A stretch of 63,981 nt of DNA, counting the filler, from Saprolegnia diclina VS20 (taxonomy: Eukaryota), in the NCBI RefSeq assembly GCF_000281045.1. It is 6 parts of 3 records of this genome, joined end to end, with 100 filler letters (N's around TTAATTAATTAA, not from the genome) between each part and the next. Parts side by side here need not be neighbours in the genome. Positions count along the whole stretch, not along the records: positions 1 to 25,361 come from NW_008246137.1; 5 more parts are not named here. One strand, written 5' to 3'. The stretch's first letter is position 1, and each line of letters opens with the position of its first letter. Made by a program: the position numbers and the translations under genes. Shown piece after piece: positions 10,525-20,581 of this stretch. The notes below the pieces were generated by a model. The model saw nothing but the letters and a program-made list of their open reading frames with translations, was not told the origin of the DNA and did not search any database.

Positions 10525-11691
10525 TTTCTCCCGCCCAAGACCGAGCACGGCAACCTCGAGGACGGCGAGATCGACGACGAGCTCGAGCGCTTTGCGACGA
10601 CGCAAAAGATCGTCGACGAACTCAACACGCAGCACAGCGGCGCCGTCTTCTCGACCGACAACCAGTTTGCACTCATGACCGAAGACGAGTTTGCGGCGTT
10701 TGTGAAGGGCGCGTTCAAGCACGAGACGCCCAAGCGCCAGCTCCGCGCCGACAACATTCAACTGTCGCTCACGCAAGCACAGCGCGAGGCCACGGACGTC
10801 GACTGGACGACCAACAAGTGCATGTCGCCGGTGCGCAACCAAGGCAGCTGCGGCTCATGCTGGTCGTTTGCGGCCGTCGGCGCCGTCGAGGCTGCGCACT
10901 GCCTTGTGACAGGGGACCTCGTCGACTTTTCCGAGCAGCAGCTCGTGAGCTGTGCGTCGAGCGCCGGCCATGGTTGCCAGGGCGGCTGGCCCGACAAGGC
11001 GCTCGACTACATTGCTCAGACCGGCCTCTGCACCGAGTCGAGTTTCCCGTACACGTCCGGCAGCTCCAACCAGAACGGGCAGTGCCAAAACTGTCAAAAG
11101 ACCAAGGTCAGCGTCGGCAACTCGGTGGACATCCAAGGTGAGAACGCGCTGCAGTCGGCGCTCGACAAGCAACCGGTGACCGTCGTCGTCGAGGCCGGCA
11201 ACAACGTGTGGCGCAACTACAAGAGCGGCGTCGTGCAGAGCTGCCCGGGTGCGCAGTCGGACCACGCAGTCATTGCGGTCGGGTATGGCACGAAAGATGG
11301 CCAGCAGCACTTCAAGATCAAGAACTCGTGGGGCACAGGCTGGGGCGAGAAGGGCTACATCTACCTCAAGCGCGGTGGCAGCGGCAAAGGCATGTGCAAC
11401 GTAGCCGAGCGTCCGTCGTACCCGACGATGACCGGCAAGCCGCAGCCGTCGTCCAACCAGCCGCAGCCGACATCCAAGCAGCCGCAACCGACGTCCAAGC
11501 AGCCGTTGCCCAAGCCGACGAAGAAGCCGTCGAGCCAGCCGACGGAAAAGCCAACGACCGTGAAGCCGGCCGGCAAGTGCGACTGCAAGGGCTGCTACTA
11601 TCCGCCCGTTGGTGGCTGCTTGAGCTCGTACTACGACCAAGACTACTGTGAGTACCTCTCGGGCTCGTATGGCTCGTATTGGTGCGCCTAA
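10525..11691 (+). CDS. C1A cysteine protease with Pro/Gln/Thr linker and C-terminal Cys-rich domain; 5' end in gap
   Basis: QGSCGSCWSF, SDHAV, KNSWG; QPQPTSK repeats; tail CDCKGCYY..CLSSYYDQDYC..YWCA*. Confidence 0.93.
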   Translation, partial: FLPPKTEHGNLEDGEIDDELERFATTQKIVDELNTQHSGAVFSTDNQFALMTEDEFAAFVKGAFKHETPKRQLRADNIQLSLTQAQREATDVDWTTNKCMSPVRNQGSCGSCWSFAAVGAVEAAHCLVTGDLVDFSEQQLVSCASSAGHGCQGGWPDKALDYIAQTGLCTESSFPYTSGSSNQNGQCQNCQKTKVSVGNSVDIQGENALQSALDKQPVTVVVEAGNNVWRNYKSGVVQSCPGAQSDHAVIAVGYGTKDGQQHFKIKNSWGTGWGEKGYIYLKRGGSGKGMCNVAERPSYPTMTGKPQPSSNQPQPTSKQPQPTSKQPLPKPTKKPSSQPTEKPTTVKPAGKCDCKGCYYPPVGGCLSSYYDQDYCEYLSGSYGSYWCA

Positions 11692-13273
11692 GTGGTTTAT
11701 GGATTTGTGTAAACTGAGTACAATATGATACATATATCCTTTAATGTTATTCTAAAAGTAAATTATACTGTGTTGAGAGACAGTACAAAAGACTGTGGGA
11801 TACTACGTGGGTATTCGAAGCGCCATAGAAACTGTAGATCATCTATCATTCACGCTGCCCTCAATGCCAAAGTTGGGGCCGAGAGTGCAGCCCAGACGCG
11901 ACAAGAGCGGATCAAACACATACACAGTGCGCAGTCGCGGGAGCGCGTTTGGCCAATGCAATGATTCGCTTTTTAACACGATAAAATCACTCGTATCTAT
12001 CTGAGCGTTGCGCGCAGGACTGCAGCGTGGTCTGCTCTGCTCTCCAAAGTATCTTCTATCACTGCGCCAACTAGGAGTTTCNNNNNNNNNNNNNNNNNNN
12101 NNNNNNNNNNNNNNNNNNNNNNNNNNNNNNNNNNNNNNNNNNNNNNNNNNNNNNNNNNNNNNNNNNNNNNNNNNNNNNNNNTCTACTCCACATGGACACG
12201 TCCATATCAAAATGTGCGTGCTTAAATGTAGTGCTGGCGCAGCTTGCTTATTGACTCCTCCGACGCGAACCGGTGGGGCGGCTCGACTATGTAGCCGGTT
12301 TATCTAGCCGGTTAGTATAAACCGGTTATTCAGTCTCGCAGGTTCGTGCGGTTATCCCAATCATGCGTGATTGCCACGCAATGTGTCCTTTTCCACACAT
12401 ACTAGTAGTCGCACAGCGCCCATCCCTCCCGACAGCGGTCATTGCGGACCAACAAGCGCCGCACTCTGTCTGTTGTACTGAGTGATCCTTTATCGGTCTC
12501 CTCTGCAAGGTGTTCTGGTATACCCGAAATCGCTTGGTATTTAGGTACTAGATTTGCTTAGCATGTCTAGTGCTAGTACTACATTGTACTACATCTACTA
12601 TATGGTATAAAATCCCATCAAACTCGTTCAAACTCGCGGCTACAAATGATGCACGCGTTTCATGGGGCCTTGAGCGTCATCAAGCATAGCGGCGTCCTTG
12701 GGAAACTCCGCGAGAGAGAGCCCGTCGTTCTCCATGTTGTCGAGGGCGTAGAGCGCTACCAAAGTCTACGCGGCTTCAACGACGTCGAGTTGCCGCCATC
12801 CTCTGGCGGGTTGATCGTTTTGGCGACGAGCTCCTTGTTGAACGCAAGCGTCGCTAGCACCTCAAACTTATCTTGGTCAAGGCGAAGAGACGTGTCGGCC
12901 ACAGAGCGAGAAGACGCGCTTCTGGAAACGGCATTCAACGCATTCTGGATGTGCACAGCAGCCAGCGCATCGACGTTGCTGGCGCCCAGACTCGAGAGGC
13001 AGAGCACGCACACGTCATAGCACTTGACGCCCTTGCGGTTGAGCTACGGGCCTTCTTGTGGCGGCGCATAAGCTATCACATTCACAAAGGTCACCAATCC
13101 TCAACAAGCTCGACCTCGACCCCCATCGAACCGCGTAGGACGGTCATGCGGACCTCGACTTCGCACGCGTCGCTGCCTACGACGTCGTCAATGGCGACGT
13201 TCGGCCTTTACAAGATCTGATTGGATTGTTTTTAGTTATACGGATACGGATATAGGGAAAAACCAATTGTGTG

Positions 13274-13427
13274 AGAAAACAGTTGCCATAGTTAGTACCT
13301 TAGTATTTAGTTAGTTAGTTTGATACGAAAGAAAAGAGTCATCGTAGTATTTAGTATTTAGTTAGTTAGTATGCTACTAAGAAAACGGTCGCCTGAGTAC
13401 TTTAGTATTTAGTTAGTTAGTATGGTA
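13274..13427. repeat. Minisatellite, ~50-bp unit x3, core TTAGTATTTAGTTAGTTAGT
   Basis: Three copies of AGTAYYTTAGTATTTAGTTAGTTAGT, each preceded by a related AGAAAA-containing linker. Confidence 0.85.
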
Positions 13428-13964
13428 GACAACTGCGGCCTCGACGTACGCGGGTCGAGAGGTGCTTAACCGGGAAGACAATATAGCGGGACGTCGTCTG
13501 GCACGCCGCCAGCTCGACGCAGGTAGCGCTTTCAAGTCATGCTTCAGGTTTCACTGTCGCGGGACAGACGCAGCTACACGCCGGAAAGAACCAACGTCTT
13601 TGCGCTTGTTTGCGGCGGCATGGTCGCTCGAGAACGCCCTGCAGATAAGCAAGACACTCAAGCCCGTGAGGCCGTTGTTGGCACCAAAGGAAACCTGCCT
13701 TGCGTGGGCCAGCGCCCATCCGAGCGCCGGATCTTCGCAGTTGTGAGCATCGAGAAGTGCGCACAGAGTCATGGCAGCAGACGTACCGACGACAACGGCA
13801 AGTCTATCGTCGGGATGGTGGCCTCGGACTGACCCAACGAGAGCGACTTGTCTCGGGTCCATCTTGACTCAGGTCCATCTTCAGTTATATCTAGAGCAGC
13901 GCACTGCAGGCGGCGTCCGGATCGAGCAGTTGGCAGCAAGGCGCACACCGACCGCAGCATTTCG

Positions 13965-14760
13965 GCTATTCAAAGTGCCTGTTATCGCTGTACCGACGAT
14001 GAACAATTCCATCTCCATCGTGATGCGTCGACCAAGCGGTGTCGTACGAGCGCCAACAAGATGGCACTACGATCTTATTTACGGCATATGCCTCCAATAG
14101 AGCTCTCGCCAGCATCCTATGCAGCCCAATCTCATTGCTTTCACTTTTAAACCCATTGTGCGACGCTATGGATGACATGGACCAAGCGAAAGACCCGAGC
14201 GGGAAGTGCTGGTAGGAAGTGACACCGTAATCAACTTCATCGTGGACAATTTTCGAGTGCTGTCGAAAATACAAGTTGCAGCTCCACCTACCTGGCACAA
14301 GCTCCACCTTGAAAAAGAAAAAAGAAACAAAAATTATGTACTGTAGCAAATCACGACACAACTCGTTAGTTAGAACGAAACACAATGGAGAGACTAGACA
14401 CGACTCTACTTCTTGTAGAGCTTGTACAAGGTAGCGCACGCGACGATGGCACCCGGCACCAAGATGATGGCGATGTACGTCTGCGGCGCGTCTTCCGGGC
14501 ACGGCTCGCGGCCACCGGCAATGCGGAAGCAGCTCGTGCTCTTGAACATGGACATCAAGCTGCCCGTGATGGACGTGAGGAGCACCATGAAGAGGCCAAA
14601 GAAGATGAGCGCGGCCACCTTGGGCTGGCTGCCGCCGTTCTTCTTGAGCTCGGCGACGGCCGCGCGCTGCGGCGGGAGGAGGAACACCCAGAGGCAGCCG
14701 ATCACCGCGCACGAGTACGCAATGACATACGAGTAGGCGACGGCCGTCCGCGTCTCCGAA
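13965..14760. repeat. Inverted duplicate of 21928-22723 (BT1 3' end plus ~440 bp downstream)
   Basis: Reverse-complement near-identity (coordinate sum 36688), including non-coding flank. Confidence 0.93.
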
Positions 14761-14769
14761 GCGTCTGCC
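14406..14769 (-). CDS. BT1 transporter C-terminal fragment, remainder in gap
   Basis: ADASETRTAVAYSY...ATLYKLYKK*, matching the C-terminus of the 20582 gene. Confidence 0.85.
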
Positions 14770-16108
14770 TNNNNNNNNNNNNNNNNNNNNNNNNNNNNNN
14801 NNNNNNNNNNNNNNNNNNNNNNNNNNNNNNNNNNNNNNNNNNNNNNNNNNNNNNNNNNNNNNNNNNNNNNCCAGATGGTTGCTGCCACCTCGCGTTATAA
14901 AACGAATGTTGTTGAAGTGGAAGGGGACATTGTCACCTTCGAACGGCCGTCGTCCTGTCTAACCGGTCGAATCAGGCACGGCATGTACCTAGATAGCACG
15001 GCATCTCGTCTGGTGCGACCACATGTTGAGGACACGTAGGGTTGCACGACATGGTAAACGGCAAAGCCTTGGGTTGGAATCGCGACAGAATTTGACGACC
15101 CTGGTGCTTTTTGTGGGTATTTGTGAAGAGCTTTGAACTCCCTTATGCAGGAATACAGTGTACTAGCGTATGGGCCTTGCCCAACCATGTAGCGTGGGTG
15201 GCGCCTCAGCACGGGAGCTACTACCGGAAGCTCAGTTTTTGCAACGAGCCCCTCAGTTGCCTCGCTATGACCTGATAACGATCAAAGAGGGACGACGAGC
15301 CACTCTTGTGGTGTTTGTACTAGTACGCTGTTCATATGCCACGTGATTAATGAACTGATGTTGGAGGTGCAAAAATAGCTTGTGAAGGTGCAAAACACGA
15401 CGCATCCAGTTTTGTCAGCAAGGCTTGCTCGCTAAAGAGGAGTGTTTCCTGCCGACACAGTCGGAGGTGACAAACTTGATATGCTAATACGAGTCCAATT
15501 TTCCCGACTTGTGAGCATGTCTACCGCCGCGACCAGATCGTATGTAGTACGCAGCTGGATAGACACAACGTTCTCGTCCACGGGAAATTAAGCACGACGT
15601 TTGTGTGTAATAGAAAATACAGTTTTACCATTTGACGCCACGTTACCTTCTTTGGCCATCAAGGTTTGATCACCGGTGGGCAGCGTAACACATGCTTGAA
15701 CGACCCAAAATGGGTGACCATCAAAACAGCTGTATCGCTTCGAAACGATTCGTTGGTCGCTGCAAAAGCTTTGGCACGACCCGACTCGTATCTTCACACG
15801 GTCTTTTTTGCCGAGAATTATGTTTTTATTGAATCGAGCAGTGCTGGCATACCTTTCCATCCTACAATTATTTCGAGCGTTCATGCTACGTATTCACACC
15901 ACGTCGAGTGCCCAACGAGGCGCACAGAAGGACAGGCGTGGAACCCATGTACCCACAAAGATGCTGCCGCCGGCATCTGTCGAATCGTTGATGCTGATCG
16001 CTACACGTGAGCAAAATGTGTGATTCAAAAACACATGTTTTGACCTTCGGTGCAGTAGGACACCAAGGTCGTGCAGCTTTCACTCGAGCTTTTTTCTGCA
16101 GTCGATCG

Positions 16109-16369
16109 ATGCAAACGCCGACCAAGCGAAAACGCCGCACGCCGTCTGTGGCCCAGCGCGAGAAAAACCGCGAGCGGGCGCGTGTCTACTATGAAAACCA
16201 CCGACAAAAGGTGCTCGCCAAGCTCAAGCTCAAGTACGAGCAGAAGCGCATCGTGATCCAGGCCAAGCGACGCGAACGCTACTTCCAGCGCAAAATGAGC
16301 CTCGCTTCCGGCTGCAAAGCACCAGCGCCAGAGCTCAATCGGCTATCGCTTCGATTTATTCTCAATTAA
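16109..16369 (+). CDS. Small basic helical protein, 86 aa, ending SLRFILN (family copy 2)
   Basis: MQTPTKRKRRTPSVAQREKNRERARVYYENHRQKVLAKLKLKYEQKR...NRLSLRFILN*; much better conserved with copy 3 than the flanking DNA is. Confidence 0.8.
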   Translation: MQTPTKRKRRTPSVAQREKNRERARVYYENHRQKVLAKLKLKYEQKRIVIQAKRRERYFQRKMSLASGCKAPAPELNRLSLRFILN

Positions 16370-17996
16370 CTATACCTCTTCATTATTCAAAAACAATTTG
16401 TTTGATNNNNNNNNNNNNNNNNNNNNNNNNNNNNNNNNNNNNNNNNNNNNNNNNNNNNNNNNNNNNNNNNNNNNNNNNNNNNNNNNNNNNNNNNNNNNNN
16501 NNNNNNGCCCGTCGCCGTGTCGTCCAGTCGAGCCGACCAAATCAGGCACGGCATGTACCCACAGTTCAACTTGGCCAACTGTATGGTGGCTAGGATTACT
16601 ATTGGGAGCCCCTGACAAGAACGATTCTTCTCCGATTGATGAAATAATACGTTGATATAATTGTATAAAACCGAAGCATCAGTAGCCTTCCGTGGACGTG
16701 TCAAAGTCTTGGTCTCCTTGCCCTCAGGCTGGACGATATTTTGGGACCTCGCCCTTCGTCAAAACGCGTGACGTGCGTCTTGGTCGGCATCGCAAAATGA
16801 CGTTGCGCTGCCATTTATTCATTTAAATATTCTTGAAGTATAAACAAATAAATGGCTGCTATGCAGGTTCGGCTACAGCAATGGTACCACGTACGGTATC
16901 TCGTCTGGTGCTAATACCACATGTTTGCAGCAAATGCAGCTCGTTGAGTAACCTGAATCGTAAACTTGTCAAGCCTTTGGCTCGTTGGCAAAAGAGGTTT
17001 GGATCGAGAAAGAAATTTAGGGATTCAGGGTGCTTGAAATTGCTTCATGGAAACGCGCTCGAAAGTGCTCGGCACATCAGTGTATTTGTGGATGGGCAGT
17101 GCTGGCACACTCTGGCGTGGGTGGCACCCTGGAGCCTTTAGCGCCAACGCTTTTTTCAAATAGCCCATCTGTCGTCTCGCATCGATCTGATAACGATAGA
17201 AGACGAAGAAGAACGAGCCACTCTTGTGGTGAACAGTTCCCACGTCAAACGAGACGTATAAAGCCAAGGGATTTTCTTTCAATTCCCTCGATAAAAGCTA
17301 ACGTCGGGGGTTGGGAAAGGTGCAAAGCGTGACGCCGGACCCAGTGCTACATATGTATCATCTACGCGGTCAGGAGGTTTTGAGCTTGATACGTCAATAG
17401 TTATCAGCACTTGTGAACTATTCCTACGCCGCCAAATTTGGCAGGGACCATGTCTACCACCACGATCCACGACCAGGTCGTATGTAGTACGAACTTGGAT
17501 AGAAACAAAGTCCTCGTCCGCGGAAAATAAAGCACAACTTTTGTGTGTGGTCGTGATAGAAAGTGCAGTTTTACCATTTGACGCCATGTTACCTTCATCG
17601 GCCATCAAGGTTTGATCACCTGTGGACAGTGGTTAGCCACCCACAACCACAACCAACGACTGACTCGAAAAACAGTTGCATCACCGAGAGAAAAATGCTC
17701 GCTGCTGGAGCTCGCACCAAGATAACCTAGCAGAGTATTTTGAGGAAGGTATATTTTCCATTGACGAGAACTAGCACAGCGTTCCCACCATGTCGAAACG
17801 CCATGTTGACGACGCTGCACACAGAGGGATGGAACCCATGGACTGTTGCACAGAACCCACAAAGATCATGGCACCATCATCTATGGAATCGTTGATGTGG
17901 ATGGGTACACAGCAGCATGTGAGACTCAAAAACACATGTTTGACATTCAGTAGGACACGACGGTCGTTCACTCGAGCTTTTTTCTGCAGTCGATCG

Positions 17997-18257
17997 ATGC
18001 AAACGCCCACCAAGCGAAAGCGCCGCACGCCGTCAATGGCCCAGCGCGAGCAAAACCGCGAGCGGGCGCGCGCCTACTATGAGAACCACCGCCCGAAGGT
18101 GCTCGCCAAGCTTAAACTCAAGTACGAGCAGAAGCGTATTGAGATCCAGGCCAAGCGACGGGAACGCTACTTTGAGCGCAAAATGAGCCTCGCTTCCGGC
18201 TGCAGAGCACCAGCGCCAGAGCTCAATCGGCTGTCGCTTCGATTTATTCTCAATTAA
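17997..18257 (+). CDS. Small basic helical protein, 86 aa (family copy 3)
   Basis: Same length and frame as copy 2, with synonymous and mostly conservative changes and no indels. Confidence 0.8.
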   Translation: MQTPTKRKRRTPSMAQREQNRERARAYYENHRPKVLAKLKLKYEQKRIEIQAKRRERYFERKMSLASGCRAPAPELNRLSLRFILN

Positions 18258-19968
18258 CTATATCTCTTCATTATTCAAAGCAGTTTAGACGATCTCGAGC
18301 AAATACCTTGAAATGGGACCCGTTGCCGACGTTGTGGGTTCAACGATGTGTGGGAAACACTGACTGGGCTGTATGACCTCTTGATGGTCCTAGCGCGAGG
18401 TCGAGGTCGTGGACTACTGCCAAGGGTCCATAGCTGTATTGAGTTCATTGCGTCCGCTGCTCGTACATGTATGGCTTCAGCGTACTTTCGCACGACGCCA
18501 TCGCACCTGTGTTTCATTCCCGCATAGAACTCTATGTGCCATGCAGGCAGAAATGCTTTAAACAGATTGTTGAGCTGCCGAACGCAAATCTACCAGCCTT
18601 TGCCGACGATGGAACGACTTGGTTGATGTCCGCCGTTGCAGTGATGGGTGAGACGGGGTATTTGATGCTTGTCGAATCGAATGAAGTCGGGCGCGCCCTC
18701 CATCGTGCCGTTTTTATTCGGTTTGTTTTACGTCTTTCATGGCTTGGAAATGGCTTCCCAGCGATGGTTTATCAAGCTCGTCAGCTGGTAGGGTCGTGTT
18801 AAAACAAGTTTATGGAGCTACGTGTCTGACTAAATACACTCGTATAACAACTTCATTGCGATCTTCTTTGAAAGCGGCACATGGTTGGAGCGTGTAGTGG
18901 CTAGAGCTCATGACGAAGCTTTGCTTTGTCAAGACAGCGGCCACTTGGACGAAATAAAAGACTCGATCAATGGGGATACCAGGTAAACCAGATTCGTGTG
19001 CACTCGACCGGAACATCGTAGCGAATGTGCGGCTACGTGGGAGGTGGCTTTGCTATGCGATGACGGTTTGGACCTTCAGTCATTGTTCAAAATGCAGCAT
19101 ACTAGTATACGAGCGCCTGAGCGATGTCCACGGGCGCGAACACCTTTGCAGCAGAAGATGGTCGCGCGTCAACAGGTCCCACCATCACGGTCGGGTTGAA
19201 ATTAATGCCCCGTGCGAACGGACCCAGTACGACGATGCAGGGTATGAAGTCGGCGTGGCTTGGAGGATATGGTTCTGTTAACTGGCGCTAGTACTCGACG
19301 GTAGCTCTCGACCGTCGCCTCCACTACTTCCTGCTATATAGTTAGCCTACGTTTCGTTTTGCCTGAGGCTTTGCCCTCTTCTCTCAATAGAGCCGAGGTG
19401 AGCACCCATTACACTTGCCGATACCAATGCAAAGGACGTGTTCTTGTTCAGCACGGAAGAGAACTCAGGTTGAAGTGCAGCAACCGTACATGCTATAGCC
19501 AGGCGCTTTGAGAGACGATAGCAACCAAGCACTTTATGGGCGTCTAAGATGAGAGAACCAGCACCGTAGATTCTACAGTGGTACGCCCGTGACTTCAACG
19601 TTATCACGTGGGTGACACGTGGGGACGGCCAAGTTACTCACTTAGCCTCAAAGGAAGACATCCCACAACAAATCACAAAAAATACGCACCTCGCCAAAGA
19701 CGCCCGCCTCTCAACGCCACCGTGTGACAAAAGCAAAAGCGCCTGTAGGAAAGAATATCTCAATACTGTAGACTCATTCCAACATAAAAACTTGGGTGAC
19801 ACGTAACCACGCGTGTAACCATACTGTGCACTTTTCTGCACACGGTGGCCTGATCCTTGAAGTGCGTCAGAAGGCAAGAAGAGACGCCAACCACACATTC
19901 AGCTGACAGCAAAACCGTTTACATACCGGTACTTGTATACAAATACAAATTCACGAGTGACTGAATTG

Positions 19969-20460
19969 ATGTGGTATTAGCACCAGACGAGATACCGTAC
20001 GTGGTACCATTGCTGTAGCCGAACCTGTATGGCAGCCACTATTTGTTTATACTTCAAGAATATTTAAATAAATAAATGGCAGCGCAACGTCATTTTGCGA
20101 TACCGACCAAGACGCACGTCACGCGTTTTGACGAAGGGCGAAGTCCCAAAAAATATCGTCCAGCCTGAGGGCAAGGAGACCAAGACTTTGAAAAGTCCAT
20201 GGAAGGCTACTGATGCTTCCGTTTTATATCGGGAGCCCTTCACAAGAACGTTTCTTCTCCGATTGATGAAATAATACGTTGATATAATTGTAGTAATCCT
20301 AGCCACCATACAGTTGGCCAAGTTGAACTGTGGGTACATGCCGTTCCTGATTTGGTCGGCTCGACTGGACGACACGGCGACGGGCGTTCGAAGGCGACAA
20401 AGTCCCCTTCCACTTCAACAACCTTCGTAGTAACCTTATAACGCGAGGTGGCGGCAACGA
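19969..20460 (-). repeat. Inverted copy of BT1 upstream DNA found at 16507-16922 and 14878-15020
   Basis: The reverse complement of 19969-20385 matches 16507-16922 closely; 20340-20460 matches 14878-14990 more loosely. Confidence 0.9.
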
Positions 20461-20548
20461 TCGGGTGCAATGGCCCGTCCACGAGCGTCCGAAATCAGAT
20501 CTGTGTTTTTCAGTCGTTGTGTTCAAAGGCTTGCAATATTTCCCTTGA

Positions 20549-20566
20549 GCTCACTTTTCAATTTCC
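20549..20566 (+). promoter_or_regulatory. Oomycete Inr+FPR core promoter
   Basis: GCTCACTTTTCAATTTCC 15 bp before ATG 20582. Confidence 0.8.
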
Positions 20567-20581
20567 TGGTTGAGCAGCAAC

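Larger units (their letters stand above)
14871..18280 (+). repeat. Diverged direct tandem duplication (~14871-16390 and ~16507-18280)
   Basis: Shared blocks in the same order (atcaggcacggcatgtacc, gagccactcttgtggtg, cagttttaccatttgacgcca, ggccatcaaggtttgatcacc, aaaaacacatgttt), each unit ending with the small basic gene and ctcttcattattcaaa. Confidence 0.88.

Noticed and set aside
13274..13427. CRISPR-like repeat/spacer appearance
   Set aside because: Eukaryotic context, spacers resemble each other, only three low-complexity units, and no cas genes.
18300..19960. Possible transposon or gene remnant
   Set aside because: Only short ORFs with no recognisable transposase, RT or other motif.
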